From Alloprevotella sp. (GTDB lineage: Bacteria > Actinomycetota > Coriobacteriia > Coriobacteriales > Atopobiaceae): 64,000 bases of DNA. Below the pieces are notes generated by a model. It worked only from the letters and a program-made list of their open reading frames with translations, was not told the origin of the DNA and made no database searches. Both the position numbers and the translations under genes were made by a program. Position 1 is the stretch's first letter; every line of letters starts with the position of its first letter. The stretch spans positions 35,312-99,311 of the forward strand of contig CAVJHQ010000001.1 of assembly GCA_963649365.1 (NCBI GenBank), given 5' to 3'. This document shows, one piece after another, positions 40,830 through 51,775 of the stretch.

Positions 40830-41050
40830 TCCCCGCCGACGTGGGCGCGCGGCTGGACTCGCGAGGCGGCCGCGCCTCGCGTGCGCGTCGAGCGCCCGCC
40901 ACGTAAACGCACAGGTGTCGCGCGGTCCTCGACCGCTCGCGGGTTCACAGCGCCCGCTCGTGCTGCTCTCCGGAAACAAGGGCGAAACACGCCTATGGGA
41001 GCATAGAATGCGAATGTTTGTAACTTCGCCGACCCCGAGGAGGAGTCTGC

Positions 41051-42394
41051 ATGAGCAGCGAGAAGGACATCGATTTCGTCCTGCGTACCGTCGAGAAGCG
41101 CGACATCCGCTTCGTCCGCCTGTGGTTCACCGACGTCCTGGGCAATCTCAAGTCGTTCGCGATTTCCCCCGAGGAGCTCGAGGAGTCGTTCGAGGAGGGC
41201 ATCGGCTTCGACGGCTCGTCCATCGACGGCTTCGCCTCCCTCGAGGAGTCCGACATGCTGGCGTTCCCCGACCCGGACACCTTCAGCATGCTCCCGTGGC
41301 GCCCGACGCAGACCGACGCCGTCGCGCGCGTCTTCTGCGACGTCTACACCCCTGACCGCAAGCCCTTCGAGGGCGACCCGCGCGCCTGCCTGCTCAAGGT
41401 CTTCACCGCCGCGGACAAGAAGGGCCTCGTCGCCAACGTCGGGCCCAAGCTCGAGTACTTCTACTCCGCGAGCCAGACCGAGCTCAAGCCCAAGGACGAC
41501 GCCGGCTACTTCGACCTCACGCCGATGGACAACGCCAACGACCTGCGCCGCCAGACCACCCTCATGCTCGAGAAGATGTCGATTCCGGTGCAGTACTCCT
41601 ACCACGCCGCCGGCCGCTCCCAAAACGGCGTCGAGCTCCGCTACACCGAGGCCGTGAGCTGCGCGGACAACATCATGACGGCGCGGCTCGTGATCAAGCA
41701 GCTCGCCGCCCAGCAGGACATGTACGCCTCCTTCATGCCCAAGCCCACGGCCGACCAGCCGGGCTCGGCGATGTTCCTCTACCAGTCGCTGTTCGACCAC
41801 GAGGGCGAGAACCTCTTCTGGGCTCCCAAGGAGGAGAACGACGCGCACCTCTCGCCGCTCGCGCAGCACTACATCGCCGGCGTCCTCAAGTACGCCCCCG
41901 AGTTCACGCTGGTCACGAACCCCACCGTCAACTCGTACAAGCGCTTCATCTCCACCGGCGAGGTTCCCAACTACGCCACCTGGGGCCGCAAGAACCGCTC
42001 CGCCCTCGTGCGCATCCCGGCGCACAAGCCCGGCAAGCACTCCGCGACCCGCATCGAGCTGCGCAGCCCCGACCCCACGGCCAACCCCTACCTGGCCCTC
42101 GCGGTGACCATCGCCGCCGGCCTTAAGGGCATCGAGGATGAGCTCCCGCTGCCGGAGGAGTCCACCTGCGACACCTTCCTGCAGTCCGAGGCCGAGCTCA
42201 AGGCTAAGGGCGTCGAGCGCCTGCCGCGCACCCTTGGCGAGGCCATCGAGAAGTTCGAGTCCTCCGAGCTCATGCACGAGGTCCTCGGCGACCACATCTT
42301 CGAGTACCTCGTCGCCGAGAAGAAGCGCGAGTGGAACGACTACTGCACCGCGGTCACCGACTGGGAGCGCGAGCACTACTACGGCGGCTACTAA
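41051..42394 (+). CDS. Type I glutamine synthetase family protein, probably catalytically inactive
   Basis: FDGSSI, ESDM, FMPKP, NPTVNSYKR, NRS..R, RIELRSPD intact; GPKLE, YHAA..QNG and GSAMFLY replace the canonical metal ligands. Confidence 0.85.
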   Translation: MSSEKDIDFVLRTVEKRDIRFVRLWFTDVLGNLKSFAISPEELEESFEEGIGFDGSSIDGFASLEESDMLAFPDPDTFSMLPWRPTQTDAVARVFCDVYTPDRKPFEGDPRACLLKVFTAADKKGLVANVGPKLEYFYSASQTELKPKDDAGYFDLTPMDNANDLRRQTTLMLEKMSIPVQYSYHAAGRSQNGVELRYTEAVSCADNIMTARLVIKQLAAQQDMYASFMPKPTADQPGSAMFLYQSLFDHEGENLFWAPKEENDAHLSPLAQHYIAGVLKYAPEFTLVTNPTVNSYKRFISTGEVPNYATWGRKNRSALVRIPAHKPGKHSATRIELRSPDPTANPYLALAVTIAAGLKGIEDELPLPEESTCDTFLQSEAELKAKGVERLPRTLGEAIEKFESSELMHEVLGDHIFEYLVAEKKREWNDYCTAVTDWEREHYYGGY

Positions 42395-42430
42395 GGGCAA
42401 GGCGCCCCTACCACCCCAAAAGCATTGACC

Positions 42431-42470
42431 GGGCAGGCCGGGGGAGTGCTTCCCCCGGCCTGCTCGTTAT
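42431..42470 (+). terminator. Hairpin / probable terminator after the GlnA-like gene
   Basis: gcaggccgggggag/ttcccccggcctgc stem. Confidence 0.6.
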
Positions 42471-42642
42471 GTCAATCGTGTAAAGAACTTGATGCAGCGT
42501 CGCATGCTTAAACCCAGCTGAGCGACACTGTTCGACGGCGATGGCGGCGGCCGCGGACCCGGCCCCGACGCAGGGAAGACCCTGCGCGTCCATCGAGGAA
42601 CGGGCGCGACCACGCGCCGAGAACAAAAGGAAGGGGTCCCAC

Positions 42643-43482
42643 ATGAACATCGAGCTGAACCTCAACGCTTCCCTTGACCGCCGCGGCTTCGTCGCCGCGC
42701 TCGGCGCGGCGGGCGCGCTCGCCCTCGGCGGCTGCGGCGCGAGCAAGGACGGCGGCGCCACGGGCGGCGCCTCCGACGGGGCCTCCTACACGCTCGTCGA
42801 GGAGGGCAAGATCATCGTCGCCTCCGACCTGGCCAACCCGCCCCTCGACTACGTCGAGAACAACGAGGACAAGGGCTTCGAGGTCGACCTCATGGGCGCC
42901 GTGGCGGAGAAGCTCGGGCTTACCTGCGAGTACCTGCCCGCCATGAAGTTCGACGCCATCATCCCCCTCATCAAGCAGGGCGGCAAGGCCGACGTGGGCG
43001 TCTCGAACTTCACCATCACCGACGAGCGCAAGGCCGAGATCGACTTCTCCGACCCCTACCTGGACTCCAACCAGGGCGTCGTCACCCGCGCCGACGCCGA
43101 GAAGGACTCCGCCGACACCCTCAACGCCGAGGGCGTCAAGATCGCCTGCCAGTCCGGCACCACCGGCGAGACCTGGGCCCAGGAGAACCTCCCGCTGGCC
43201 ACGATCGTCTCGCTCGACGACCCCGTCCAGGCCGTGACCGGCGTCTCCACCGGCCTCTACGACGCCGCGGCCGCCGACCTGCCCGTCATGAGCTACCTCT
43301 GCAGCCAGTCCTTCACCGACTGCAAGGTGGCCATCGAGGTGCCCACCGGCGAGCAGTACGGCATCGTCGTCTCCAAGGACAACCCCGGGCTGACCTCGGC
43401 CATCAACGACGCCCTGGCCGAGCTCGAGGCCGACGGCACCATCGCAGACCTGCAGATCAAGTGGTTCGGCGCCGAGGTCTAG
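42643..43482 (+). CDS. Polar amino-acid ABC transporter substrate-binding lipoprotein
   Basis: RRGF motif, LGGC lipobox, GFEVDL, TITDERK..DFSDPY, QSGTT, EQYGI. Confidence 0.9.
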   Translation: MNIELNLNASLDRRGFVAALGAAGALALGGCGASKDGGATGGASDGASYTLVEEGKIIVASDLANPPLDYVENNEDKGFEVDLMGAVAEKLGLTCEYLPAMKFDAIIPLIKQGGKADVGVSNFTITDERKAEIDFSDPYLDSNQGVVTRADAEKDSADTLNAEGVKIACQSGTTGETWAQENLPLATIVSLDDPVQAVTGVSTGLYDAAAADLPVMSYLCSQSFTDCKVAIEVPTGEQYGIVVSKDNPGLTSAINDALAELEADGTIADLQIKWFGAEV

Positions 43483-43519
43483 CCGACCTGCGCCCCCGCA
43501 ATCGAGGAAAGAGGAAACC

Positions 43520-44359
43520 ATGACCAACATGTCCCGCCGCAACTTCATCCTTACGCTCGGCGCCACCGCCTCGGCGGCGGTTCTCGCCGGCTGCAACACG
43601 AGCAAGAACTCCTCGACGTCCTCCGACACCGTCTCCACCGACGTCGTCGACCCCGGCGGCTACACCCTCGTGGAGGAGGGCAAGCTCACCGTCGCCGCCG
43701 AGCTCGGCTTCGCCCCGTTCGAGTACATGGACGAGAGCACCGGAGAGCCCGTCGGCTTCGACGTCGACCTCATCAAGGCCGTCGCCGAGAAGCTCGGCCT
43801 CGAGGCCAGCTACCTGCCCAACCAGAAGTTCGACACGCTCGTCCCGCTCGTCAAGCAGGGCGGCAAGTGCGACGTCGCCATCGCCGGCATCACCATCACC
43901 GACGAGCGCCGCGAGGAGGTCGAATTCTCCGACCCCTACCTGGACTCCAACCAGGCCATCGTCGTCAAGAAGGACTCCGGCGAGACCGAGGAGAGCCTCA
44001 ACGCCGCGGGCAAGAAGGTCGCCTGCCAGTCCGGCACCACCGGCGACGAGTGGATCACCGAGAACCTCGCCTCCGCCGAGCGCGTGCCCCTCGACGACGT
44101 GACCGCCGCCCTGACCGGCGTCTCCACCGGCCTCTACGACGCCATGGTCATCGACCTGCCGGTCGCCTCCTGGATGCTTACCAAGTCCTTCTCCGACCTC
44201 GAGGTCGCCAAGGAGATCCCCACCGGCGAGCAGTACGGCATCGCCGTCTCCCAGGAGAACGCGGGCCTCGCGGTCGCCATCAGCTCCGCGCTCCAGGCCA
44301 TGGAGGCCGACGGCACCATGAAGAAGATCAAGACCGAGTGGTTCGGCTCCGAGATCTAG
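43520..44359 (+). CDS. Polar amino-acid ABC transporter substrate-binding lipoprotein (paralog)
   Basis: SRRNF motif, LAGC lipobox, FAPFEY, GFDVDL, ITITDER, QSGTT. Confidence 0.9.
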   Translation: MTNMSRRNFILTLGATASAAVLAGCNTSKNSSTSSDTVSTDVVDPGGYTLVEEGKLTVAAELGFAPFEYMDESTGEPVGFDVDLIKAVAEKLGLEASYLPNQKFDTLVPLVKQGGKCDVAIAGITITDERREEVEFSDPYLDSNQAIVVKKDSGETEESLNAAGKKVACQSGTTGDEWITENLASAERVPLDDVTAALTGVSTGLYDAMVIDLPVASWMLTKSFSDLEVAKEIPTGEQYGIAVSQENAGLAVAISSALQAMEADGTMKKIKTEWFGSEI

Positions 44360-44460
44360 GCCTGTCCACGTTCGCCTGCCGTTAACCGACCGAACCGTCG
44401 CGGGGCCCTCGCAGACGCAGGGTCCCGCGTGTTTGTTGACCGAAGGATTGAGAGGAGCCT

Positions 44461-45736
44461 ATGGGCCTTCGCACACGCATAAAGGCGCCCGCGCTCGTCG
44501 CGGCGCTTCTCGCCGCCGTTCTCGCGCTGCCTTGCTCTGCGCTCGCGATGACGACCGACAAGGCGACCGCCAAGCCGAACGAGGACGGCGGCAGCGGCGT
44601 CATCGGCGGCATGGACACCCGCCTGACCTGGGAAGGCACCGTCGAGGACGGCGAGAGCATCGACTCGGTGACCCTCACCATCGCCGACGACGCGAGCTTC
44701 GACGGCTCGACCACGCGCATCACGGTCCTCGAGGGCCTTACCCGCGTGAACATCGAGGGCGAGGCCGCGGCCGACGGCAACAGCATCACCGTGAGCTTCG
44801 CGGAGCCGATCCCCGAGGGCTCGCTGCTGCGCCTCGAGGTCACGAACATGCGCTTCCCGTCCGAGGGCGGCGACTACAGCGTCGAGGGCAGCTACGTCGA
44901 CGCCGGCCAGACCAAGGAGCTCGCGGCCTCGCCGTCCATCTCCATCATCGCGAACACGCCGCTGCAGTCCATCGTCAACTGGCTCGACGAGCAGCCCTGG
45001 GTCGCGGCCTGGAACTCCAACCAGTTCCTCGGCATGTTCTTCAAGCCGCAGCTGCTGGTCACGTCCTTCTCGTCGCTGTTTCCCGGCTGGGTGCTGTGCC
45101 TGGGCATCGTCATCGCCTGCTACCCCTTCGCCATCGTGCTCGGCCTGATCTTCTCGCTGCTCAAGATCTCCAAGCACCGCCTGTGCCGCGCCGTCGCCGT
45201 GGTCTACATCAACGTGCTGCGCGGAACGCCGCTGTTCCTGCAGATCTACATCATGTTCTTCGGCCTGCCGATGGTCGGCATCAACATCGACAACAACCTG
45301 CTCGGCATCATCGTCATGGCCGTGAACTCCTCGGCCTACCTGGCCGAGATCTTCCGCGCGGGCATCCAGTCCATCCCGCGCGGCCAGTACGAGGCCGCGA
45401 GCTCGCTCGGCATGAGCTACGTGCAGACGATGTTCTCCGTCATCCTGCCGCAGACCGTTCGCCGCGTGATCCCGACCGTGACGAGCGACTTCATCACCGC
45501 CTTCAAGGACACGTCGCTGCTCTCCTCGGTGGGCGTCATGGAGCTCATGATGTTCTCCAAGAACCTGACCACCGTCTCGGGCAACATCACGCCGTACGTG
45601 GCCGCCGGCATCTTCTACCTCATCGTCACCCTTCCCCTGATCAAGGTCGTCGGCATCGTCGAGGAGCGCATCGCCGCCTCCGAGAGCGGCCTTTCCAGGA
45701 AGCCCAGGAAGCGCGACCAGAAGAAGGGGGTCCCCA

Positions 45737-45747
<11 letters not shown>
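44461..45747 (+). CDS. Amino-acid ABC permease with N-terminal extracytoplasmic domain
   Basis: [28 protein letters not shown] loop, KDTSL; signal peptide plus extra soluble domain. Confidence 0.9.
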
Positions 45748-46606
<859 letters not shown>

Positions 46607-46655
46607 CAGCTCCGCGACACGCGTTGTGTTACGCGCGAATTGACGCGAGCGCCAA

Positions 46656-46686
46656 TGCGCCCCAGCTCACCTATGGTTGGGGCGCA
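46656..46686 (+). terminator. Hairpin after the ABC operon
   Basis: tgcgccccagc/gttggggcgca stem followed by a T-rich tract. Confidence 0.5.
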
Positions 46687-46776
46687 GTTGATTATTTACT
46701 GTGTGATTCCGTTAATGTGTTGGCAATATGGTAATCTGTATTTCGATTTTTGCCGTTTTCATGAGGGGGCATTAGG

Positions 46777-47451
46777 GTGCATCACAAGAACATCCTGCTC
46801 GTGTCGGCCACAACCCGCCTTCACGACCGCATGCGCGAGCTGTCGCACGCCATCGACGTGTCGATCGCCCTCGCTAATGAGGCGACTTTCTCGCAGGCCA
46901 TCTCGTCCGGCCATGAGTTCGACCTTGTGATTCTCGACTCCGAGGGCATCGGCCAGGACACCTTGAACGCCGTCGACTCCTTCGTTGCGGAGAACGGCTT
47001 CATCCCGATGCTGCTCGTGCAGGACGCGGACAAGCTCTCGAGCCTGCGCATGCCCACCCAGGGCAAGAACGACTTCATCGTCTCGAACGCCGTGGCCGCC
47101 GAGTTCGAGATGCGCTGCACGCTGCTTCTGTGGCCTGGCGAGGAGAGCGCTCCCGCCGACATCGTCACCGTGGACAACATGACCATCAACCTGGCCACCT
47201 ACCAGGTCTACATCGACGACAAGCCCGTGGACCTCACCCTCATGGAGTACTCGCTGCTCTCGTTTTTGGCGACGCACCCCTCGCGCGCCTACTCGCGCGA
47301 GACGCTTCTGCACCGCGTGTGGGGTTTCGAGTACTGCGGCGGCACCCGAACGGTCGATGTCCACATTCGTCGCGTTCGCTCGAAGGTCGGCCCGCAGGTC
47401 GCGAGCCACATCGTCACCATCCGCGGCGTGGGTTACCTGTTCCGCGTGTAG
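46777..47451 (+). CDS. glnR: Actinobacterial GlnR-like OmpR-family regulator with atypical receiver
   Basis: LT..EY.LL, VWGFEYCGGTRTVDVHIRRVRSK matches the GlnR winged-helix signature; receiver lacks the acidic pocket and conserved Lys; nitrogen genes nearby. Confidence 0.78.
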   Translation: MHHKNILLVSATTRLHDRMRELSHAIDVSIALANEATFSQAISSGHEFDLVILDSEGIGQDTLNAVDSFVAENGFIPMLLVQDADKLSSLRMPTQGKNDFIVSNAVAAEFEMRCTLLLWPGEESAPADIVTVDNMTINLATYQVYIDDKPVDLTLMEYSLLSFLATHPSRAYSRETLLHRVWGFEYCGGTRTVDVHIRRVRSKVGPQVASHIVTIRGVGYLFRV

Positions 47452-47482
47452 CGTTTCTTGCGCGCATCTTAGAGAATCGGGA

Positions 47483-47521
47483 AGGGGCGGTCTGCCGGTG
47501 CGGGCCGCCCTTCTTGTTTTT
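47483..47521 (+). terminator. Intrinsic terminator after glnR
   Basis: gggcggtctgc/gcgggccgccc stem followed by ttcttgttttt. Confidence 0.7.
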
Positions 47522-47886
47522 CTCCCATGGGAGGGGGCGTGCTTCTTGTCTGCCGCGGGAACCGGCCGAGTACCGCGCGCCGGCCGTGCGCTGCGTGATT
47601 GGCTCGAATACCAGCTCATTGGGTCCCTGGATTGGTATTCGAGGGGTTTTGCGCGACGTGCTCGGAAATGATTTGGTACACGGGAGGTTCTCGCAGCGCT
47701 TCTCGCCCGCGGCCTGCTTTTCAGGGCGAGAAGCGCTGGCTTTCAGTTACGTCAAAGGGTCATGCCGCAAGCGTGACATGTCGCCGATTCAGTTAACTGT
47801 AAGTCCCATGGGGTAGAGTGCTTCTTGGTTAGATGAAAACACCGTCCGCTTTACGGGGGCATCGGCCCCCGAGGAGGGAAGAGACT

Positions 47887-49506
47887 ATGGACGAATTCGG
47901 CAGCGGGCAGAGCTCCTACGACCCCGAGGGCGCCGAGCCGACGCGTCAGCAGCCGGCCCAGCCGACGCAGCAGGTCCCCGCATCCCAGCCTGGCTACCAG
48001 GCGGGTTATGAGCGCGGCGCGAAGGCCGGCTACGAGGCCGGCTACCATGCCGGGCAGACGGGCGCGCAGGCGCCCGCGCCCGACCAGACCGCGCAGCGGC
48101 CGCAGGTCGGCGACGGCGAGGCCGAGGCGGCGCACGCCGCCTGGGGCGCCGGCGGCGTCCCGCCCGTTCCCGGCCAGGAGCCGGGGCTCTCGCGCGCCGA
48201 CGAGCCCAAGCACAAGAAGGACCGCAAAGGCGTGAAGTCCCTTGTGCTCGGCATCGTGGGCGGCGTCATCGGCGCGGGGCTTCTCACCGGCGCGCTCTAC
48301 GCGACGGGCGTCGTCGGCTCCTCGGCAACGACCTACACGACCGGCTCGAGCCAGTCCATCACCATCAACCCGAGCGACGAGGACACCTCGACCGCCAAGG
48401 CCGTGGCGGCGAAGACCTTAAGCTCGGTCGCCACCGTGAACGTGACCTCGACCAGCAGCGAGGGCCTGGGCTCCGGCGTCATCTACGACACCGAGGGGCA
48501 CATCATCACCAACTACCACGTCATCGACGGAGCCGACTCCATCACGGTCACCATCGACGGGACCACCTACGACGCCGAGCTCGTGGGCTCCGACGCGTCA
48601 TCCGACCTCGCGGTCCTCAAGGCCGACCTCAACGGCGCGACCGTGACGCCCATGGAGGTCGGGGACTCCTCCGAGGTCCAGGTGGGCGACTGGGTCATGA
48701 CCGTGGGCAGCCCCTTCGGCCTCGAGCAGTCCGTCTCGCAGGGCATCGTGAGCGCCCTCACGCGCAACACCTACCTGACGAGCACGTCGGGCAACACCCT
48801 CTACACGAACCTGATCCAGGTCGACGCGGCGATCAACCCGGGCAACTCCGGCGGCGCGCTCGTCGACTCCGAGGGCAAGCTCATCGGCATCTGCACGCTC
48901 TACACCTCGAGCACCGAGAGCTTCGCCGGCATCGGGTTCGCCATCCCCGGCAACTACGCGGTCCAGGTCGCCCAGAAGATCATCAACGGCGAGACCGTCA
49001 CGCACGCCCACATCGGCGTGAGCATGCAGACCGTCAACGAGCAGAACGCGAAGGCCAACAAGCTCAGCGTGACCTCCGGCGCCTATGTGGCCGACGTGAC
49101 CGAGAACGGCCCGGCCGCCAACGCCGGCATCCAGAAGGGCGACATCATCACCGCCATCGACGGCGTTCAGATGAGCTCGGCCGACGACGTGATCTTGGCG
49201 GTGCGCTCCCACAACATCGGCGACACCGTCAAGGTGACGGTCATGCGCAAGTCCCAGGAGATGAGCTTCGACGTCACGCTCGACGACGACGCCGAGCTGC
49301 AGAAGCAGCAGGAGGAGGAGAGCAGCCAGCCGACGAGCAACATCAACGAGTACCTGAACAACAACACGAACTCGGACGACGACTCGACGCTCTACCAGCA
49401 GTTCCAGGAGTACCTGAACCAGCGCTACAACGACAACGGCTACGGTAACGGCTACGGAAACGGTTACGGCAACAACGGCTACGGCAACAACGGCTACGGC
49501 AACTAG
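47887..49506 (+). CDS. htrA: HtrA/DegP-like membrane serine protease with PDZ domain
   Basis: TM helix; TNYHV, DLAV, GNSGG triad motifs; PDZ GPA..AGI..GD.I. Confidence 0.92.
   Translation: MDEFGSGQSSYDPEGAEPTRQQPAQPTQQVPASQPGYQAGYERGAKAGYEAGYHAGQTGAQAPAPDQTAQRPQVGDGEAEAAHAAWGAGGVPPVPGQEPGLSRADEPKHKKDRKGVKSLVLGIVGGVIGAGLLTGALYATGVVGSSATTYTTGSSQSITINPSDEDTSTAKAVAAKTLSSVATVNVTSTSSEGLGSGVIYDTEGHIITNYHVIDGADSITVTIDGTTYDAELVGSDASSDLAVLKADLNGATVTPMEVGDSSEVQVGDWVMTVGSPFGLEQSVSQGIVSALTRNTYLTSTSGNTLYTNLIQVDAAINPGNSGGALVDSEGKLIGICTLYTSSTESFAGIGFAIPGNYAVQVAQKIINGETVTHAHIGVSMQTVNEQNAKANKLSVTSGAYVADVTENGPAANAGIQKGDIITAIDGVQMSSADDVILAVRSHNIGDTVKVTVMRKSQEMSFDVTLDDDAELQKQQEEESSQPTSNINEYLNNNTNSDDDSTLYQQFQEYLNQRYNDNGYGNGYGNGYGNNGYGNNGYGN
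49435..49503 (+). repeat. Tandem (N)NGYG coding repeat, 5 copies
   Basis: aacggYtacggN units at the end of htrA. Confidence 0.85.
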
Positions 49507-49527
49507 CGCCGGACGCCATTGACTCGG

Positions 49528-49563
49528 ACGGGGCCCGCCTTCTATTCGGCGGGCCCCGTTTCT
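49528..49563 (+). terminator. Intrinsic terminator after htrA
   Basis: acggggcccgcc/ggcgggccccgt stem followed by T residues. Confidence 0.75.
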
Positions 49564-49699
49564 TGCTGCGCGGCGGGGGAGCGCGCCGGCGCGTGGGCGT
49601 GGCGGCGCGAGGCGCATGGGCGTGGCGGAAGGCGCCGGCCCATTGTTGTCACATGCGTCGAGTATCCTTTTATGTGGTAAACGCAACGAGGGGAGCCCC

Positions 49700-51325
49700 A
49701 TGGCCGAGATCAAGTGCCCGCACTGCGGGGAAGTATTCACCGTCGACGAGACGGAGTACGCGCAGATCGTCAAGCAGGTCCGCGACGCCGAGTTCGAGCG
49801 CGACATCGCCGAGCGCGTCGAGCTCGTGCGCAGCGGCCAGGCCTCGGCCGTCGAGGCCGCGGAGGCGCGGGCGCGCGAGGAGGCGCGGCGCGAGCTCATG
49901 GAGGCGCAGGCCAAGGCGAGCTCCGAGTCGGCCGAGAAGGACGCCGAGATCGCCCGCCTGACCTCGCGGCTCGAGGCGAGCGAGGGCGCGGCGAAGGCCG
50001 CCGCGGCGGCTGCCGAGGCGGAGGCGAAAGAGCGCGTCGCCTCGTTGGAGAAAGAGCTCGCGGAGGCCCGCGGCGCGTCTGCGGCCGAGCTCGCGAAGGC
50101 GCGGCAGGAGGCGTCTACCCAGCTCGCGCAGGCCAGGCAGGAGGCCTCGGACGAGCTCGCCGAGGCGCGCCGCAAGGCCGTGGAGGACCTCGCCGCCTTC
50201 GAGCGGCAGGCGAGCGCGCAGCTCGCGGACGCCCAGCGCAAGGCCAACGACGACCTCGCGGCGCGCGAGCGGCGGATCGCCGAGCTCGAGGCCGAGGCCA
50301 AGAGCTCCGAGGAGGCCTTCGAGTCCCGGCGCAAGCTCGCCGTGAGCGAGGCCACGGGCGAGCGCGACCAGCGCATCGTCGCCTTGGAAGGCGAGCTCAA
50401 CGCCGCGCGCATCGAGCGCAAGCAGACCGAGGACAGCCTTCGAAGCGAGATGCTCGAGAAGATCAACTACAAGGACCAGCAGATCCGCGACCGCGACGAC
50501 GAGATCGAGCGCATCAAGAACGCGCGCACGCGCCTGTCGGTCAAGCTCATCGGCGAGACCTTGGAGCAGCACTGCGAGAACTCGTTCAACCAGGTCCGCA
50601 TGATGGCGTTCCCCAACGCCGAGTTCCACAAGGACAACGACGTCGTGGACGGCACCAAGGGCGACTACGTGTTCCGCGAGCTCGACGGCTCGGGTGTCGA
50701 GGTCGTCTCCATCATGTTCGAGATGAAGAACGAGGACGACAACTCGACCAACCGCAAGAAGAACGAGGACCACTTCGCCAAGCTCGACCGCGACCGGCGG
50801 AACAAGGGCTGCGAGTACGCCGTGCTCGTCTCGACGCTCGAGCCGGACAGCGAGCTCTACAACGCCGGCATCGTCGACGTGTCGTACCGCTACCCGAAGA
50901 TGTTCGTCATCCGCCCGCAGTTCTTCTTGCCGCTCATATCGCTTCTGAGGAACGCCGGGCTGAACGCGGCGGAGGCGCGCCGCGAGCTCGCCGATATCCG
51001 CCAGCAGAACATCGACATCACGGGGTTCGAGGACGCGCTCGACGACTTCAAGGACAAGTTCGGCAAGAACTACGAGTCGGCGAGCAAGAAGTTCGGCGCG
51101 GCCATCGAGGAGATCGACAAGACGATCCAGCACCTGCAGAAGGTCAAGGAGAACCTCACGAGCTCGGAGCGCCAGCTGAGGCTGGCCAACGACAAGGCCG
51201 AGGGGCTGACCATCCGCAAGCTCACCTGGAAGAACCCGACGATGAAGGCGAAGTTCAAGGAGCTCGAGGCGTCCGGGGCCGCACCGGCGCCCGAGGCGGG
51301 CGAGGAGCCCGACGAGGTCGAGTAG
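49700..51325 (+). CDS. DUF2130 domain coiled-coil protein
   Basis: IKCPHCG start, long coiled coil, [34 protein letters not shown]. Confidence 0.85.
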   Translation: MAEIKCPHCGEVFTVDETEYAQIVKQVRDAEFERDIAERVELVRSGQASAVEAAEARAREEARRELMEAQAKASSESAEKDAEIARLTSRLEASEGAAKAAAAAAEAEAKERVASLEKELAEARGASAAELAKARQEASTQLAQARQEASDELAEARRKAVEDLAAFERQASAQLADAQRKANDDLAARERRIAELEAEAKSSEEAFESRRKLAVSEATGERDQRIVALEGELNAARIERKQTEDSLRSEMLEKINYKDQQIRDRDDEIERIKNARTRLSVKLIGETLEQHCENSFNQVRMMAFPNAEFHKDNDVVDGTKGDYVFRELDGSGVEVVSIMFEMKNEDDNSTNRKKNEDHFAKLDRDRRNKGCEYAVLVSTLEPDSELYNAGIVDVSYRYPKMFVIRPQFFLPLISLLRNAGLNAAEARRELADIRQQNIDITGFEDALDDFKDKFGKNYESASKKFGAAIEEIDKTIQHLQKVKENLTSSERQLRLANDKAEGLTIRKLTWKNPTMKAKFKELEASGAAPAPEAGEEPDEVE

Positions 51326-51367
51326 CCCGGCGGCGGAGGTCCGCCCTGCGCATCAGCTTCTTCTTGC

Positions 51368-51425
51368 TTGACTCATACCCTATGGGGGTATATTCTCGTT
51401 TTTGTAAGGTACCCCATGGGGGTAT
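51368..51425 (+). promoter_or_regulatory. csoR-copA promoter with two CsoR-type operators
   Basis: -35 ttgact (51368), 17-nt spacer, -10 tattct (51391); boxes ataccctatgggggtat (51375-51391) and gtaccccatgggggtat (51409-51425). Confidence 0.85.
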
Positions 51426-51447
51426 GTGAAACGCAAAGGAGAAGCCC

Positions 51448-51765
51448 ATGCCCGAGGACGGCAAGAAGACCTGCTGCCACTGCGCGGCGCACAAGCACAC
51501 GCCGCGCTCCGACGAGCTCAAGGCCGACGTCTCGCGGCGCATCAACCGCGCCGTGGGGCAGCTCAACGGCATCAAGGCCATGGTGGAGGAGGACCGTTAC
51601 TGCGGCGACGTCCTCACGCAGCTCGCCGCCGTGGAGTCGGCCGTCAAGGCCATCTCGCGCGAGGTCATGCAGGACCACCTGGAGACCTGCGTCGTGGAGC
51701 GCGTCCAAGCCGGCGACACCGAGGTCGTCGACGAGGTCATGGGCCTTCTCAAGAAGTTCATGTGA
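51448..51765 (+). CDS. csoR: Copper-sensing repressor CsoR
   Basis: [30 protein letters not shown] (Cys/His/Cys ligands). Confidence 0.92.
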   Translation: MPEDGKKTCCHCAAHKHTPRSDELKADVSRRINRAVGQLNGIKAMVEEDRYCGDVLTQLAAVESAVKAISREVMQDHLETCVVERVQAGDTEVVDEVMGLLKKFM

Positions 51766-51775
51766 GGTGACCCCA

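Noticed and set aside
41005..41050. Riboswitch in the GlnA-like leader
   Set aside because: Only a 5-bp stem in a very short leader; no recognisable aptamer
51368..51775. N-terminal extension of copA in the ORF track
   Set aside because: Overlaps the promoter and csoR in another frame; the HMA domain starts at GTG 51776
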